DNA of 64,000 nucleotides from Enoplolaimus lenunculus. Taxonomy: Eukaryota. A program made the position numbers and the translations under genes. The DNA lies in assembly GCA_030248215.1 (NCBI GenBank), contig JASANG010000864.1, forward strand, positions 248,001-312,000, in the 5' to 3' direction. Shown in pieces: positions 49,301-60,545 of the stretch. The notes beneath the pieces were generated by a model. It did no database searches and was not told the DNA's origin. It worked only from the letters and a program-made list of their open reading frames with translations. Within the stretch, counting starts at the first letter, position 1, and each line of letters begins with the position of its first letter.

Positions 49301-50309
49301 TATAATTCAAGCGGTTTTGGGCATGGAATGGCAAGGTCTTTGCACATTTGGTATACTTAAAAGTGCAAGTAAACTACGGAAAACTTGCATATTTTTGGCT
49401 CTGTTTGGTTCTTAGTTTTGTTAATTCGGGAGTCAGCATTTAAGCACCTTTCGCAATAACCTATTGTTTTCGGTTGTGCGAAAAGCAAAAGTGTCGGGCC
49501 TTGCGGTGCGTGTAGGTCGAGCTTCGTTCAAGAAGTGTGGTACCACTCTCTACGACTGCTATATTTGAGTTTTATGTTTTTCAGATCATCAAAATTCTCG
49601 CAATGTATTCGGGTGAAATGGCTGAAGAACGCATTTCGCCTCAGCTGATACGCAAAGTTGAATATCGGTTAAAAATGATGCGAAATGAAACTGACACACC
49701 GGGCGAGTCACCGTTGAGCAAGGCTGAGATCACTCCGTTGACAATTCCGTTCGTTGCAACTCAAGTAAGTCAAGCTGTCGTTGCTTTGATTTAGTTCAAC
49801 CACCGTTTAAATTGTCCTGAGCCGAGTTTGTCACGATCCAGTTGTTTTTTGAGATCTACCTTGAGGTTGCTTTTATTATGGCAAACGGGGGAAGTTTACT
49901 GTTTCGCAAGTAGTCCATTTGGAAAGTACATTTTTTGTGAGTTGCAAGCAAAGACACTGTGTGTTCTTGGTGATGGTTTTGGCCAGGTTTGATATAAATT
50001 ATTTTTAAAAATTATGCCGTATTAATGTAAAACCATTTGTTTTACGAACTAGAAAATTCACTGTTAAATAAATCACTATGTCAAAGTCTGATTATTAAAC
50101 CATCTAACGAGTGTTCTGTGTAGTGCAAGTTAATGTTGTTAGGAAAACTTACTGAAGCGAACACAATATTGTAGGCAATCAATGCAAAAACATTTAGACA
50201 GCCAAGGCAGTGTGCTTTGTGACTGGCAACTTTATTACTCTTTTAGGCAGCACTCGAAGGGATCGAAATTCCGGAAAATATGAACTTGAGGTTCTTAAAA
50301 AAGCTTTGA
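17181..50309 (+). CDS. MYO5: Unconventional myosin class V heavy chain (motor, 6 IQ, coiled coil, DIL/globular tail), 42 exons, about 1786 aa
   Basis: Exons read from GT/AG sites with consistent phase (sum 5361 nt): 17181-17228, 17645-17779, 18043-18154, 18390-18446, 18846-18990, 22563-22728, 23016-23159, 23549-23645, 25568-25675, 26054-26160, 26495-26629, 26999-27132, 28273-28354, 28623-28763, 29216-29440, 29905-30102, 30341-30525, 35487-35598, 35915-36126, 36452-36608, 36923-37072, 37506-37595, 37742-37885, 38190-38261, 38832-38925, 39424-39494, 39724-39777, 39987-40175, 40615-40705, 40957-41128, 41973-42069, 42645-42728, 42868-42970, 43332-43472, 43953-44107, 44736-44825, 45272-45422, 47514-47647, 48361-48518, 48945-49122, 49585-49764, 50247-50309. 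Motifs: [26 protein letters not shown] (myosin V N-terminus), P-loop GESGAGKT, switch [10 protein letters not shown], switch [46 protein letters not shown], six IQ motifs, VEARSV...[12 protein letters not shown], and DIL-type [23 protein letters not shown]. Tail exon edges are less certain than motor exon edges. Confidence 0.95.
19438..19820. mobile_element. Non-autonomous DNA transposon-like element with CGCGGGTA subterminal repeats
   Basis: Clustered acccgcgggta/cgggtaaa motifs at both ends; a similar motif-rich element lies at about 8759-9531. Confidence 0.5.
23318..23467. repeat. 76-bp tandem duplication in a myosin intron
   Basis: tactaaacttgaagtcgaagag.aggattct.agaatgtggtttaaacatacctaccttcctccattaaaggac occurs twice. 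Confidence 0.9.
23824..25320. mobile_element. 1.5-kb foldback element with an internal ~150-bp tandem array, embedded in (TAA/TAC)n
   Basis: 39-bp terminal inverted repeats (accagtcgtagtgggactacatttattgagcgaagctcg and its reverse complement); about 5 tandem units of taatatgcaaattag.tattagctaacta.tcaattatcgg...; inner inverted arms (about 24695-24805 vs 24940-25020); (CGGA/CAGA)n at 24825-24860; a solo end at about 22440-22536. Confidence 0.8.
27478..27561. mobile_element. Right-end fragment of the CAGGGTGCAACCGG hAT-like MITE
   Basis: Near-identical to the right end of 33932-34322. Confidence 0.75.
30621..34435 (-). pseudogene. LINE ORF2 (APE endonuclease, reverse transcriptase, CCHC finger), disrupted
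   Basis: ATG at 34435. ORF-track fragments 34262-34480, 33440-33715, 32808-32999, 32178-32534, 30896-31258 and 30702-30983 are colinear pieces of one L1/Tx1 ORF2. A likely final stop is TAG at 30623-30621. Confidence 0.88.
33932..34322. mobile_element. hAT-like MITE inserted in the LINE endonuclease domain
   Basis: TIRs CAGGGTGCAACCGGAATT / AATTCCGGTTGCACCCTG; perfect 8-bp TSD GTTTCTTG (33924-33931, 34323-34330); subterminal (CCGGAA)n. Confidence 0.92.
34458..35206 (-). pseudogene. NADAR (YbiA/DUF1768) domain forming the C-terminal part of LINE ORF1, with one frameshift near 34950
   Basis: Joined translation: [38 protein letters not shown]...[68 protein letters not shown]...[18 protein letters not shown]. 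This follows the NADAR pattern FY..SNF..EQ/EH....K...P...K..GR....W......KF.QN..L...LL.TG...LVEAS....WG.G...G.N.LG.LL..LR in order and spacing. Confidence 0.88.
41346..41818. mobile_element. hAT-like MITE, same family as 33932-34322, opposite orientation
   Basis: Same TIRs; TSD TCAATCAG/TCAATTAG (7 of 8 match); reverse complement of the 33932 copy plus an internal segment. Confidence 0.9.
43758..43872. mobile_element. Left-end fragment of the TAGGGATGTGCCGAT MITE family
   Basis: Homologous to 58298-58689, about 20170-20480 and about 17352-17435. Confidence 0.65.
46709..46866 (+). ncRNA. U1: U1 spliceosomal snRNA (gene or recent pseudogene) in myosin intron 37
   Basis: 5' AAACTTACCTGG (5' splice-site pairing sequence); stem-loop I loop GATCATGAAG (U1-70K site); stem-loop II loop ATTGCAC (U1A site); stem-loop III tgtcatcccc...ggggcttgtca; Sm-like AATTTCTTAG; terminal stem-loop ggga.agcg-ttcg-cgct.tccc; length about 158 nt. 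Confidence 0.92.
47436..47470 (+). pseudogene. Short U1 3' fragment (stem-loop III and Sm site)
   Basis: tcgtcccctaaacaggcttgtcaacagcttaatttct aligns to U1 tcatcccctaatcggggcttgtcaacagcttaatttct, with a 23-nt exact match. Confidence 0.7.
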
Positions 50310-50818
50310 AAGTGTCTTTATTATCAATAGCTAGTACATTATTTTATACTTTTTCACTTAACCTGTGATAACTTGGTGCCTTTTACATTGTTATGCTTAG
50401 TGTATTTATTGGAGCTTGCAAAGTGATTTTGCTCAATATGGTGTGGTGCTTATGTTACAAATATAACTTGTTTAGGCAATTTTGGAATCGCAGCGAATTG
50501 TGTTGTGTATCTTTTTTCAATAGTTACGAAATTTATATTGTTGATAGGAAGCTAAATATTTGCATTTGCTGTACAATTCTTAATTAGTTTGCTCGAAAGC
50601 AAGTTATGATATCCGTTGCTTGTAACTATGTGAGCTTTATGATTTGCCTAGTCCTAACTCGTAATGGCTGTATTACGTGTTAAGTTAACTGGTTTCTTTT
50701 ATACATTTTACAGTATGTTTGATCTTAATAATTGTTGATAATGATTCTTACTGATCACATATGTAATTAGTTAAATATTTAACAAATAGTCAGTTTTCAA
50801 AGCATTTTGAAAAAACAA

Positions 50819-50824
50819 AATAAA
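50819..50824 (+). promoter_or_regulatory. Candidate polyadenylation signal for myosin V
   Basis: AATAAA about 510 nt after the stop codon, at the end of an AT-rich 3' UTR-like tract; unverified. Confidence 0.35.
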
Positions 50825-50955
50825 ATGGACAGAATTATAGCATGACAGAAGTTCGCTCTTTTGGTTACTTTAGTGTAGTGCCAAAGGGGGATTGATATTT
50901 ATTTATTTTGCCTTTCCAGAGAGTAGTTTCTTCCCTGTTATTGGTTACAGACTGT

Positions 50956-51397
50956 TACTGTATTGACCCGAATAAGCGGGGGGTAATAAGAGGGGTTCCC
51001 ATTTGAGTCCCGATCAATTATAGTCCGTATCCCTAATAAGAGTCCGTAAGCGGATAGAGTCCTTAAACCTTAATTAGAGTCCGTAAATGTCAATTATCTC
51101 GAATTCTAGCGCATATATGACTCCAGCTCCAAATAATTTGACCTCGAAACTTTAAAGCGTACTTAAGTTTTGAAAGTACATTCCAACGTATAACCTTGCA
51201 TTATCGCTTAAGCTATTGACACAACGCAAACAAACATTTAATTCAATGGTAGTTGCATTACCGGATATATCAGTAACGAAGGGCGGCGGAGAGTGGGTTA
51301 AAAATAAATAACAGTCCGTAACCGAATAACAAGGGGGGTACCCTCTGGAGAGGCCAAATAAATATCAGTCCCCCCTCTTATTCGGGTCAAAACAGTA
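50956..51397. mobile_element. MITE with TIRs
   Basis: tactgtattgacccgaataagcgggggg ... ccccctcttattcgggtcaaaacagta; inverted copy at 14680-15090. Confidence 0.85.
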
Positions 51398-52124
51398 TTT
51401 ACTTTTTATTTCACATCCGCCTCATGCTCGTGTATTATTTATGCGGGAGATTCCGGCAAATTCGGTGGTATACTTTTTCATCGGAGTAGGCTAGATAGCC
51501 TCCCATATTCCGGGGAGGGTGGCTGCTCCGGCTCTGCACAGTTTTACTTGGACCGAAGCATTTTTGTTCTTTGTCATGCCGGTTAATCTATGTGGATTTA
51601 ATAAAGTTTATGCTTGTTGTTTGAGTGTCTGTTACATATCTGAGCAGTCTAGGCCATTCTGCTTTGGTCTCTTATGGTAATGCACTAAAGGTCTCTAATA
51701 AGAACTCAAATGCGGTTACGGTAGGGTGTAACCGGATCTGCGTTTCCGGCAAAAATCGGTGTCTGTTTCCGCTATAGAAATAACGGGAATTCTGTTGTTT
51801 TTACGTTCAGCATTATAGTTATAAATAACGTATATATATATATCGCAATTTTTGTTGCAGATATGATGGAATTAATCGAAATGGAACAGTTACGGAATTT
51901 ATCCACAATCTTAAAGAATCGGCCAATGTTACTTTTAGGGCGGTAACAGTTGGTTAAGCGTATTACTAAGCCTTAGCCAGAAATATCTGGAATGTAAGCG
52001 TACTCTTTTACAGACAAACCACAAATCGGGACGGCCCTAAAAGTAACGGGCCAAAATTTCGATGCATCAGTCATTTTTTCTTTAAAATTTTATAAAGTAC
52101 GGTGTATCTTTGCACGCCTCATGC

Positions 52125-52684
52125 GGGGTTCACGTTATAACTGGGGCAGCGGGGAACGTATTCTGTCCCTATTAAACTAACTGGTAACATTTTGTCTGCT
52201 TATCGATCACTATCAAATTCAAAAATTTGAATTGTGTGCTATCCTGATGGGGCATCTACTGTTCGTACTGCAGTATCGTGTCATATTCGAAATACAGCCT
52301 TTCAGTATCATATGATATGTTTGAAAATGCCTTCGAAGTTGTGATATTAGATTGCTTGTCCTGAATGTTGTATGATACTAAAGTTTGAAATTTGAATTAT
52401 ATACTTGTACTTTTAATATATTTTAAGAAAACTGTCGCCAGAAACAGAAACGTACAAGCTAATTCAGCGTTCGAAATCATTCAATGCAACATGAATAGAA
52501 CCTTTTTGCTTTTTTATTTCTGAGTACAAATTAAGTTGTCCTGCATAGTATCATATGATATTTAATAAATTTTTGAAATATCATGTGATATACCCGCTAT
52601 TTAGGTCGCAAAACTTTATATTGTCGTCGAATCAACTTGAGACAAAAGGTGTTCCGGGCTGCCCTGCTTATAACATGAACCCTG
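52125..52684. mobile_element. MITE with ~30-bp TIRs
   Basis: ggggttcacgttataactggggcagcggggaac / gttccgggctgccctgcttataacatgaaccctg; internal tatcatatgata-type motifs. Confidence 0.7.
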
Positions 52685-53786
52685 CATCAATTGTATTGGC
52701 AGGAAAATAAAAACATTATTGAAACTTTTATACTTCAATATCCTATTTTGATCACTATCCGTTTCCGTTATTTTTACTATCCGTTTACACCTTGGGTTAC
52801 GCTTACCTTAGCTATCCGTTTACGTTATTTCGATTATACTCGTTTCAGTTATATCTGCTATCCGTTTGCATCTTGAAGATGTTATTTGTTTAACTAAGCG
52901 AAACTACGAAGAATATCGCTAGCCAAATTACCGAAATTTCTGGCAAATACTCCAGCGAACCCAAGGTTGATTTTCGTCCGCAGCTGGAAGCCGTCCGTCA
53001 ATTACACCTTGTTCTTCAACCAGACACGGTCTGTGAAGTAGTGCAAACTTGTGAACCAGCAACGTGGTATCAAACGTTTTATCACGACAGCAGTCTTAAT
53101 ATCCTGATACAGTTGCATATTTAATTCAATTCTCATAAATCACACTACTTAATGTTTGGTTTTGAATTGTGACCATTGGCCAGTGCTGTATCATGGGTGT
53201 GCGTGTGGTTAATTATAGCTGCTATAATAGCTGGAATACCATGTGAGTACTCGATTAAAAACGTAGTGGTTTGACCCATTTATTGGCCTACTCATTTACT
53301 TCTTGAGATAATGCGCCATCTTTAGAATATTGGCCGGCCTACTGAAAGAATGATAGTTGGGGCTGGGGGCTTCGAGACTTCGAAACTGAGTCTTTGGTTT
53401 AGGCTTGGGATTTGCCTTATATTTAGCCTTAGCCAGTGTATGTCCAAAAACGATCGAATTTTAAGATTGTTACACACTCGAGCTTCTCATGGTCTTTCAT
53501 GTTCATTTCACTACAGAAATTGCTTTTTGAACAATTCTATTTTTTAAGGTCCCTCAAAATAATTTTTTGTCAAGAGTTGTTGAGTCGAATGGCGGTGTTA
53601 AATGTTACGTAGTCAAACGTCTTGTTAACGAGTTATGGTTGAATAACTGATTTGGCGCCTTCCCAGAGTGGTTTGAAGAGGTCGTAAGAAGTTCAAATAC
53701 GCCAGAATTTTCAAAATTTGACTATTTTTGAGCAAACGCCGACTGGCAAGCACATTAACGCAAAATAGCTAATTTTGCTTCCATTT

Positions 53787-54001
53787 GTAAATAGTGTGTT
53801 TTACAACGCAGACCAGAAAAAATTTCGTTGCCGAATTTGGTGTCTTCAAGCTTGGTATGATGGGAATATCCTCTCAGTAATGAAGTTTAATGTTGAAGTA
53901 AATAATGTGTTTTACAACGGAAAACATTCCGTTACCACATTTGGTGTCTTCAAGCTTGGTATGATGGGAATATCCTCTCAGTAATGAAGTTTAATGTTGA
54001 A
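53787..54001. repeat. ~110-bp tandem duplication
   Basis: gtaaata.tgtgttttacaacg...atttggtgtcttcaagcttggtatgatgggaatatcctctcagtaatgaagtttaatgttgaa occurs twice. Confidence 0.85.
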
Positions 54002-57000
54002 ACAATTTGTGATACAATAAAATTTTGTTTACCATTTCAGTTTGTTTACTGCGTTCGTATGTTTATAAAATGTTCACAGTTGATTGCGAACTTATTGGCT
54101 GTGGTTCGGTTTGAACGATTGCTGTTTTGTTTATGACGAAGACTTAAATATTTAATTCTTGAAGGCTGATTTTGGCCAAAATTGAACTCGTAAAATTTTC
54201 ATCTTTTCTCATCGGCTATTTTGTAATTATGGAATAAATAAGTGTAATATAACGTTTTGAAGCGAATGTGTCGAAGGTTCAGACAGAGTGGCTTAATGGG
54301 GGCTTGTTGTGAAACAAACCACGAGTTGTAGACGATACTAAATATGTATGTATTTAGCTTTTTGTGTAGGGTTTCTCTCGGTGGTTTGGAATTTTTCAGA
54401 GGGCCGTCCCGGTTTCTGGTCGGTCTGTAAAAGTGCAGGCTTACATTCTAGACTACATTTTTTGCTTAGACTTAGGCTTAGGAATACGCTTAATCTACTG
54501 TTACGGCCGCAAAAGTAACGTTGACCGATTTTGGTATAATTCAGCGTTTGAATTAGATTAAGCTTGTGCGGGAAAATATACAGCACTGGAGCAACAGGTT
54601 GGTGTAATGTTATGAGTTAGATATGGACATGAAGTTGCACGCTTTAGGCAGAGGTGGATTCAAAAATTTTTAACGGGGAGGGGCGGACTCGCAAATGTTA
54701 TGAAATGCAAAAATTGTAAGGTAGGAAGGAACCTTACCATTTTATCACAAAAAATCTGCGGGGAAAATGTGTTTTTACAAAAAAGTTTCTGAGGGGAAAA
54801 ATTGTAAGGTAGGACCTTACCATTTAAACACAAAAAAATTTCTGGCGGGAGGCGTACGCCCCCCCCCCTCTCCGCAGCTCTCTGAATCTGATGGTGGCAT
54901 TAGGTTCAGAAAATAACAATTGTTTAGTAATGTATAAAATGATCAGAATTTGATGCAGGGGATCCGTATCTATCCCGGTACTTTCCGCTTGGGTATGGCC
55001 TGCCTTATGATATGCACATAAATTTTGATTTGATTGCACATATTTTTATCGTTCGGCCAACATTTATCTCAAAACATTTTCACAGAACTTCGTGACAGCT
55101 TCGGTGCCGAGTTATCATCAGTTGTTTTAGCATACAACCGAAGGTTGATCTTTATTTTATAAATTCTGCACGCCACTTATTTAGCTCTGAACGGAGCTGT
55201 GTTTATTCTGGTACTAGGCGGAGACATTTTGTTAAATTTCTAGGAGGAGTCCAGATTCCGTACCTCCGCCCTGGTACTCTCTAAAAACTTAAACTTAAAT
55301 TATAGCTTAACTGAACTTGAATATTAGTTTAAGTAAAACTCAAATAGCTAGACGGACTTACTAAAGTAGCATTTTAAGTTTTACTTAAACTAACATATTT
55401 TTAAGCTCAACACGAGTTTAAGTAAACTTATTTTGGGTTAAAGAAACAAAATTATCGCAGAAATTATGTGTATCTAAGAGTTCATTAAGCTTAGCTTAAA
55501 CTAAAAATACTTAAAATACATTTTAAAAAATTTCGCGTTCAGCGCTACTGCAATGTTAACTGCATTGCAAATTTAACCGTTTACCTACAAGGTCTAAAGA
55601 TCAAACCGCTCCTCCGGACCGTTGAGAACTTTACTTTGTATTGAGTTGAGATTCAATTCAAATAGACTGAGCACCTTCGAGCTCGCTACGCTCTCGAGGT
55701 TTCATTATCCTTCCTACCATTGGTTTTTGCCTCCACGTTTCTTAGACATGGTTTTTTAGATGTTTCGAAAATTGACGCTCAAAAACTTTAAATTTGTATT
55801 GAGATTCAATATTATTGCGTTTGACCTCTCGCTCGCTTTGCTTGCAATATCTTTCTGTATGGTCAAAAATTAGTCTATAGCAACCGTCGTTAAATTTACA
55901 GAAATTTATATTTTGCCGGATTTTGAGCTATATTAATAAGATTTTGACATCATCAGGGGGTCTCGTTTGCTGGGTTTCGGGACCTCAGGTACTCCAGCGG
56001 CGGCCCTGATTTGATTAAAATTTTAGTTAGCTGCCACTTGTGATTTATTCGCTTATTTTAGTTTTTAAGATATAATTGAAAAAGTTCAACTTTTATTTGA
56101 TAATATCGTACCACAAGGCAATTGCAACGCTATAAAATGTGAAATTTTCAACTCTGGTTTCATAATACGATATCGTGCATTATTGGTCAATATTATTTAT
56201 ATAACCATTTGTTTCATTTGTCACTCATACGCATTAAGACTGCCCTGTCAGAAACCTATGGGGTTATTGCCTGAAACACCGCTTTATATCGTCAGAGTCG
56301 TGTACAGGGGGATAATATGGGATAACTTCCATCAATCCCCAAATTACTGGAGAGACGAGAATAAGTTGTTCTACCAGTTTTCAAAATAACCTGCTGGATG
56401 CCAGAGTAGAGTCGAAAAATTTGTTCGTTTGCTCACAATAATACTACTTGTATATATGAGGTACCATCCTACTGAAAAGGAATTTTGGCTACGCCCCCCC
56501 CCCTGGCAGGGGCCGCTAAATAATTTTTGCAGCTTAACTCTCGTCGTTTAAGCTTTCACCGCGATGACGTTTTTGTATAAGAAGCCAGAGTTTTTGCGTT
56601 TATCGGTATGTGTGCAACGGGGGTATCGGATGAAACATTAAATCTGTGTATTTCAACCATTTTGTGGTTCTTATTGGCATTTTGTCAGTCAAACCAATCT
56701 TTTGCAGTTTGTGATGGAATGTTTTTTTAACTTAAGATTGAACATTGGCGATGTCTTTGCACAACGGCAGTGTCAGCTCAGGAGCAGACATGGTGAACAT
56801 CATATTTTTTGTGTCAATTTTAAATCCTAAAATCAGACTGCAACTGGAGTTCCGGTTCCGGCATTTTTCACCTTTCGGTTCGGGATATTTTTTCTTCGAT
56901 TTCGGTTGTGGTTCCGGTAAATTGTAAGTCCTGTTGCAACCTGCCTAAAATGTCTTGTTCTTCCAGCATTTTTTGTCAATTTCGGTTCAGGTTCCGGTAA

Positions 57001-57426
57001 AGTATATTTCCGGTTGCACCTTGCCGAAAATGCATTGTTCTGGAATTGTATTCAAGCTATTCATATCGCGTATTAACTTTTTTATCATGTCAACATGAAA
57101 GCGTAATGCCAAAATGCTAAGTTTACAAGCGGTCAAGTATCCGAAATAGAATTTGTTTGCTTGTTGCGGTGCAAAAAATCAGTGGAAGTGACGCGGATCA
57201 AAATAATACTGAGTCCCTTTGCTTTTGGTATATTTTACAGCCAGAAGGCATACTTATAATACGTATGTGTACTTAATATTTTTACTTTAAATGTTTTCGA
57301 TCGTTCTAAATACTTCATATCTCAAAGTTCAACTGATCTAAAATCAGTGATTAAGTCTTAACGGATGCTTTATTTCGTAATTTTAATCGCCGTCGATTCA
57401 GTTCACCAAGCGTCTCCATATCTGAT

Positions 57427-57632
57427 CCATGTAAAGACCAGGGTCGGAACGTTTTTCAGCATGACTGCAGTATTGTCAGCGAAAGCTTTTGACTATTTTC
57501 TTGCTTAGGCTTAGGTATAAGCTCATTCTTACGTTTAGGGTTTAGGCTTAGGTATAAGCTTATTCTTAAGTTTAGGGTTAAGCTAGGGTTTAGGAGTACG
57601 CTTATACTGCTGTTATAGCCCTGTTTTGCATA
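57427..57632. mobile_element. TTAGGC-type MITE, degenerate copy
   Basis: ccatgtaaagaccagggtcggaacgttttt...ttaggcttagg...gccctgttttgcat; same layout as 2113-2295. Confidence 0.7.
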
Positions 57633-58297
57633 GCGTTTATTCCTAATGCTTCTAGGACTCGTCACAACATTTTTCGCTAAAATAAATTTTCCACCCCCGT
57701 TATATCTTTTCATATTTGATTCGGCACAAGCTATTGTAACTGGGGGGTGGTAAGTGCTTTGATATAATAGCATTAGATCGAGGTCTTTAATGGTTGCGGT
57801 GCCACTTTGTACCAGCAATTGCAGCAGTGCTTAACGTATATATACGTTATGTAAAGTATCATTCAAATAATGTGAAGCATAAATATTTACGTTAGCAAAC
57901 ACCAGATTTTTAAAATTTTTTGCTTATTTTTTGGTTTTAAAATTGGTGACAACAATTTAAACGTCTGGCTTAATCATACGGCATTGACTGATTCAATGGT
58001 GTTCCCTACACCATGATTGATCTATGTGAACACTGGCGGATCCAAGGGATTTTGTATTTAAGGTTTAGCACTAAAATGGCGTTAAACTTCTGGCTCGTTT
58101 GGCTCTAGAGAGGTTTTCTCCATTATTATATCTTGCGCAACCCCCTTTGCTAGAAGTTTCTGAACCTACCGCTGTATGTGAAGTATGATTTTTAGCTTGT
58201 AAATAGCAGCATATTTTAGAATTCAGGCGACGGTGTGAACCGTAACGGTTTATGATTAGTTGTGCCAAATTGGGTTTCGAATACAATGTGTTTTAAG

Positions 58298-58689
58298 TAG
58301 GGACGTGCCGATTTATCGGCATCGGTAATAATCGTCGTTTTTCGTAAGTATCGGTATCGGCACTGCAAAAAAATTGCCATTCTTTGCCGATACTTTTTGC
58401 ACATAACAGTCAGTTGGAATGCTATCAGTTTCATTTCTGGGTGCATATGTGTCTGGTCAGGAAAACTGTTATCTATTTTGCGTTTGTGTTTGAAAGAGTT
58501 AATTGAAATGAATCGTTCTTATAAAACTTTAATCGTTTATGATGTTTAGGGTTTAAGTCTTCATATAATGATGTAATGTAGTATCCTATCTGTCTACTAA
58601 GCATGGTGTACTAAACTTTGAATTGGCATCGACAAAATGTCTAAATAAGAATCGGTATCGGGAAAAATTTTGGTATCGGTACATCTCTC
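58298..58689. mobile_element. hAT-like MITE (TAGGGACGTGCCGAT termini)
   Basis: TIRs tagggacgtgccgat / atcggtacatctctc; near-perfect 8-bp TSD GTTTTAAG/ATTTTAAG; ATCGG subterminal repeats. Confidence 0.75.
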
Positions 58690-59152
58690 ATTTTAAGTAG
58701 TTCGCATACTTAACGTGTCGAATACAAAGTGGTATCTACGAAAGAAGGAAAGGGAATTAGCGGAGGGTCTGGTAACCCACTTACATAAGTTTTCATATCG
58801 GGTACATTTTTTTATCTGAAACCACTGGGTGTGATAATGGGATCACCGCCTCCCTACTGGCCGAAAACTCTTTGGACAGTTTACCAGAATTAAATGTTGA
58901 AAAGTTTCTTGCCTTTGTAGAAATCTTCTCACCGCGTGTGCTAACGGTACATATTTACTTCTTAGCCAGGGTTTTAACAGTAACAGGAAGTGCGTTTCAC
59001 GGAAAGCAACAGCAGGAATTAATTTGTCAATGGAACCGGGATTGGAATAGGAATTGTAGATATTTTGCACCACCGAATTACTTCTAATTGGCTGTAACGG
59101 AAAATAAAATATGATGTTCATCGATAGCTGTACGTTTTCGTTAGCAATTCCA

Positions 59153-59317
59153 GGTCAATGTATAGAACAGGGCCGGAATAGTAGTAGAAGCATATTCCTA
59201 AGCCTAAGCTTAAGAATGAGATTATACCTAAGCCTAAGCAAAAAAATAGTCTAAAGCTTAAGCTTAGTGTATTGCATTCCCGCCGGATAACTTCCGGCCC
59301 TGTTCTATACATGGGCC
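59153..59317. mobile_element. TTAGGC-type MITE with 8-bp TSD
   Basis: TIRs ggtcaatgtatagaacagggccggaa / ttccggccctgttctatacatgggcc; TSD CAATTCCA/CAATTCCG. Confidence 0.85.
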
Positions 59318-60122
59318 CAATTCCGGTAGAACCCTGCCACGCACACACTAGTGTTAATTTGAAAGAAGGCAAAAGTTTCCTCATACTACTGTTCAGTTTC
59401 CTAAGCCTAAAACTTCAGCTCATTGTAATAATCCAGTCACTATGTGTGCAGGGAGGACTCTTTGTTGGCCAAGTCAAGTAAACAACCAGGTGTCGTACTC
59501 ACAATTCCTGGTCGCAGTACTGTATTTATGGTTCCCATCTCATACAGATTACATATAGCATCCACTGGTCACTATTCAATATTAGTATTTGTATTGTAAC
59601 TGGCGGTTGAATTTCAAATATCAGTTGAATATTAAAATTTAAATGATATATTTCAATACTGCAGCAACAGCTGTATTACGTTTCCAATCGCTGTCATTGT
59701 GCAATTGAACACAGTGCAATCCTTTGTACAAATGTCAACGTAGTTGCCTAAATGTCTATCAGTATTTTTATAGAAATTAGGGTTGAAATTTATTAGTAGT
59801 CTAGTGATTGATTTAGCCGAGACAAATATAGTAGCATTTCGGTATTAAAGTGGGTCATTGCTTCAAAGTTTTGTGATATAACTCACTTGCAGGGAATGAC
59901 GACCGGATATTCGGGCCCGGGGTAATATCCGACAAAAAACCGACATATATGTGCACGGTAATGGTATGTAAAGCATAGATTGTCATACGTGTGCACATAT
60001 ACTGGAATCAGAGCAGGTGTTAAGATAGTGACCCCCGTATAAACAGGTCCGAGGGCCCCCCAAATAAATGTTTCACAGATCTATAACTTCTTTGTCGGCG
60101 AAAAAAATTTAGTTTGCACAGC

Positions 60123-60545
60123 CAGGGTGCAACCGGAATTAAAATTTACCGAAACCGCAATCCTGAATTTGAAAAAATTACTGGAAACGGAACCGGAAGA
60201 TGAAAAAGTCATGCCACCAAAAATTAATTTTAGTTTTCTTTTTTGCAATATTATGTATTCGTGAAATAATACTAGTTGAAGATAGGTATTCACTTTATCA
60301 TTTTAGATTTTCATAATCCACGGAAGCGCAATCTACGTTCGATGGTTTATTTTTGGCGATTATCAAAGTTTATATACTATAATACGTATACGAATTAAGT
60401 TACTTAATTTTTTATCGTCATTTTTTTGCTAAAATATCATAGTTTCCGCGGATCAAAATTTAACACCGGAATTTTTAATTCCGCTAAAAGTTTACCGGAA
60501 CCGGAAGGTCAAAAATTGATGAACCGGAATTCCGGTTCCATCCTA
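60123..60545. mobile_element. hAT-like MITE, older copy of the CAGGGTGCAACCGG family
   Basis: Starts cagggtgcaaccggaatt and ends gaaccggaattccggttccatccta; colinear with 33932-34322. Further degenerate pieces at about 56835-57022. Confidence 0.8.

Noticed and set aside
52894..53125. ATG-less open frame of about 77 codons
   Set aside because: No clear splice acceptor and no recognised homology.
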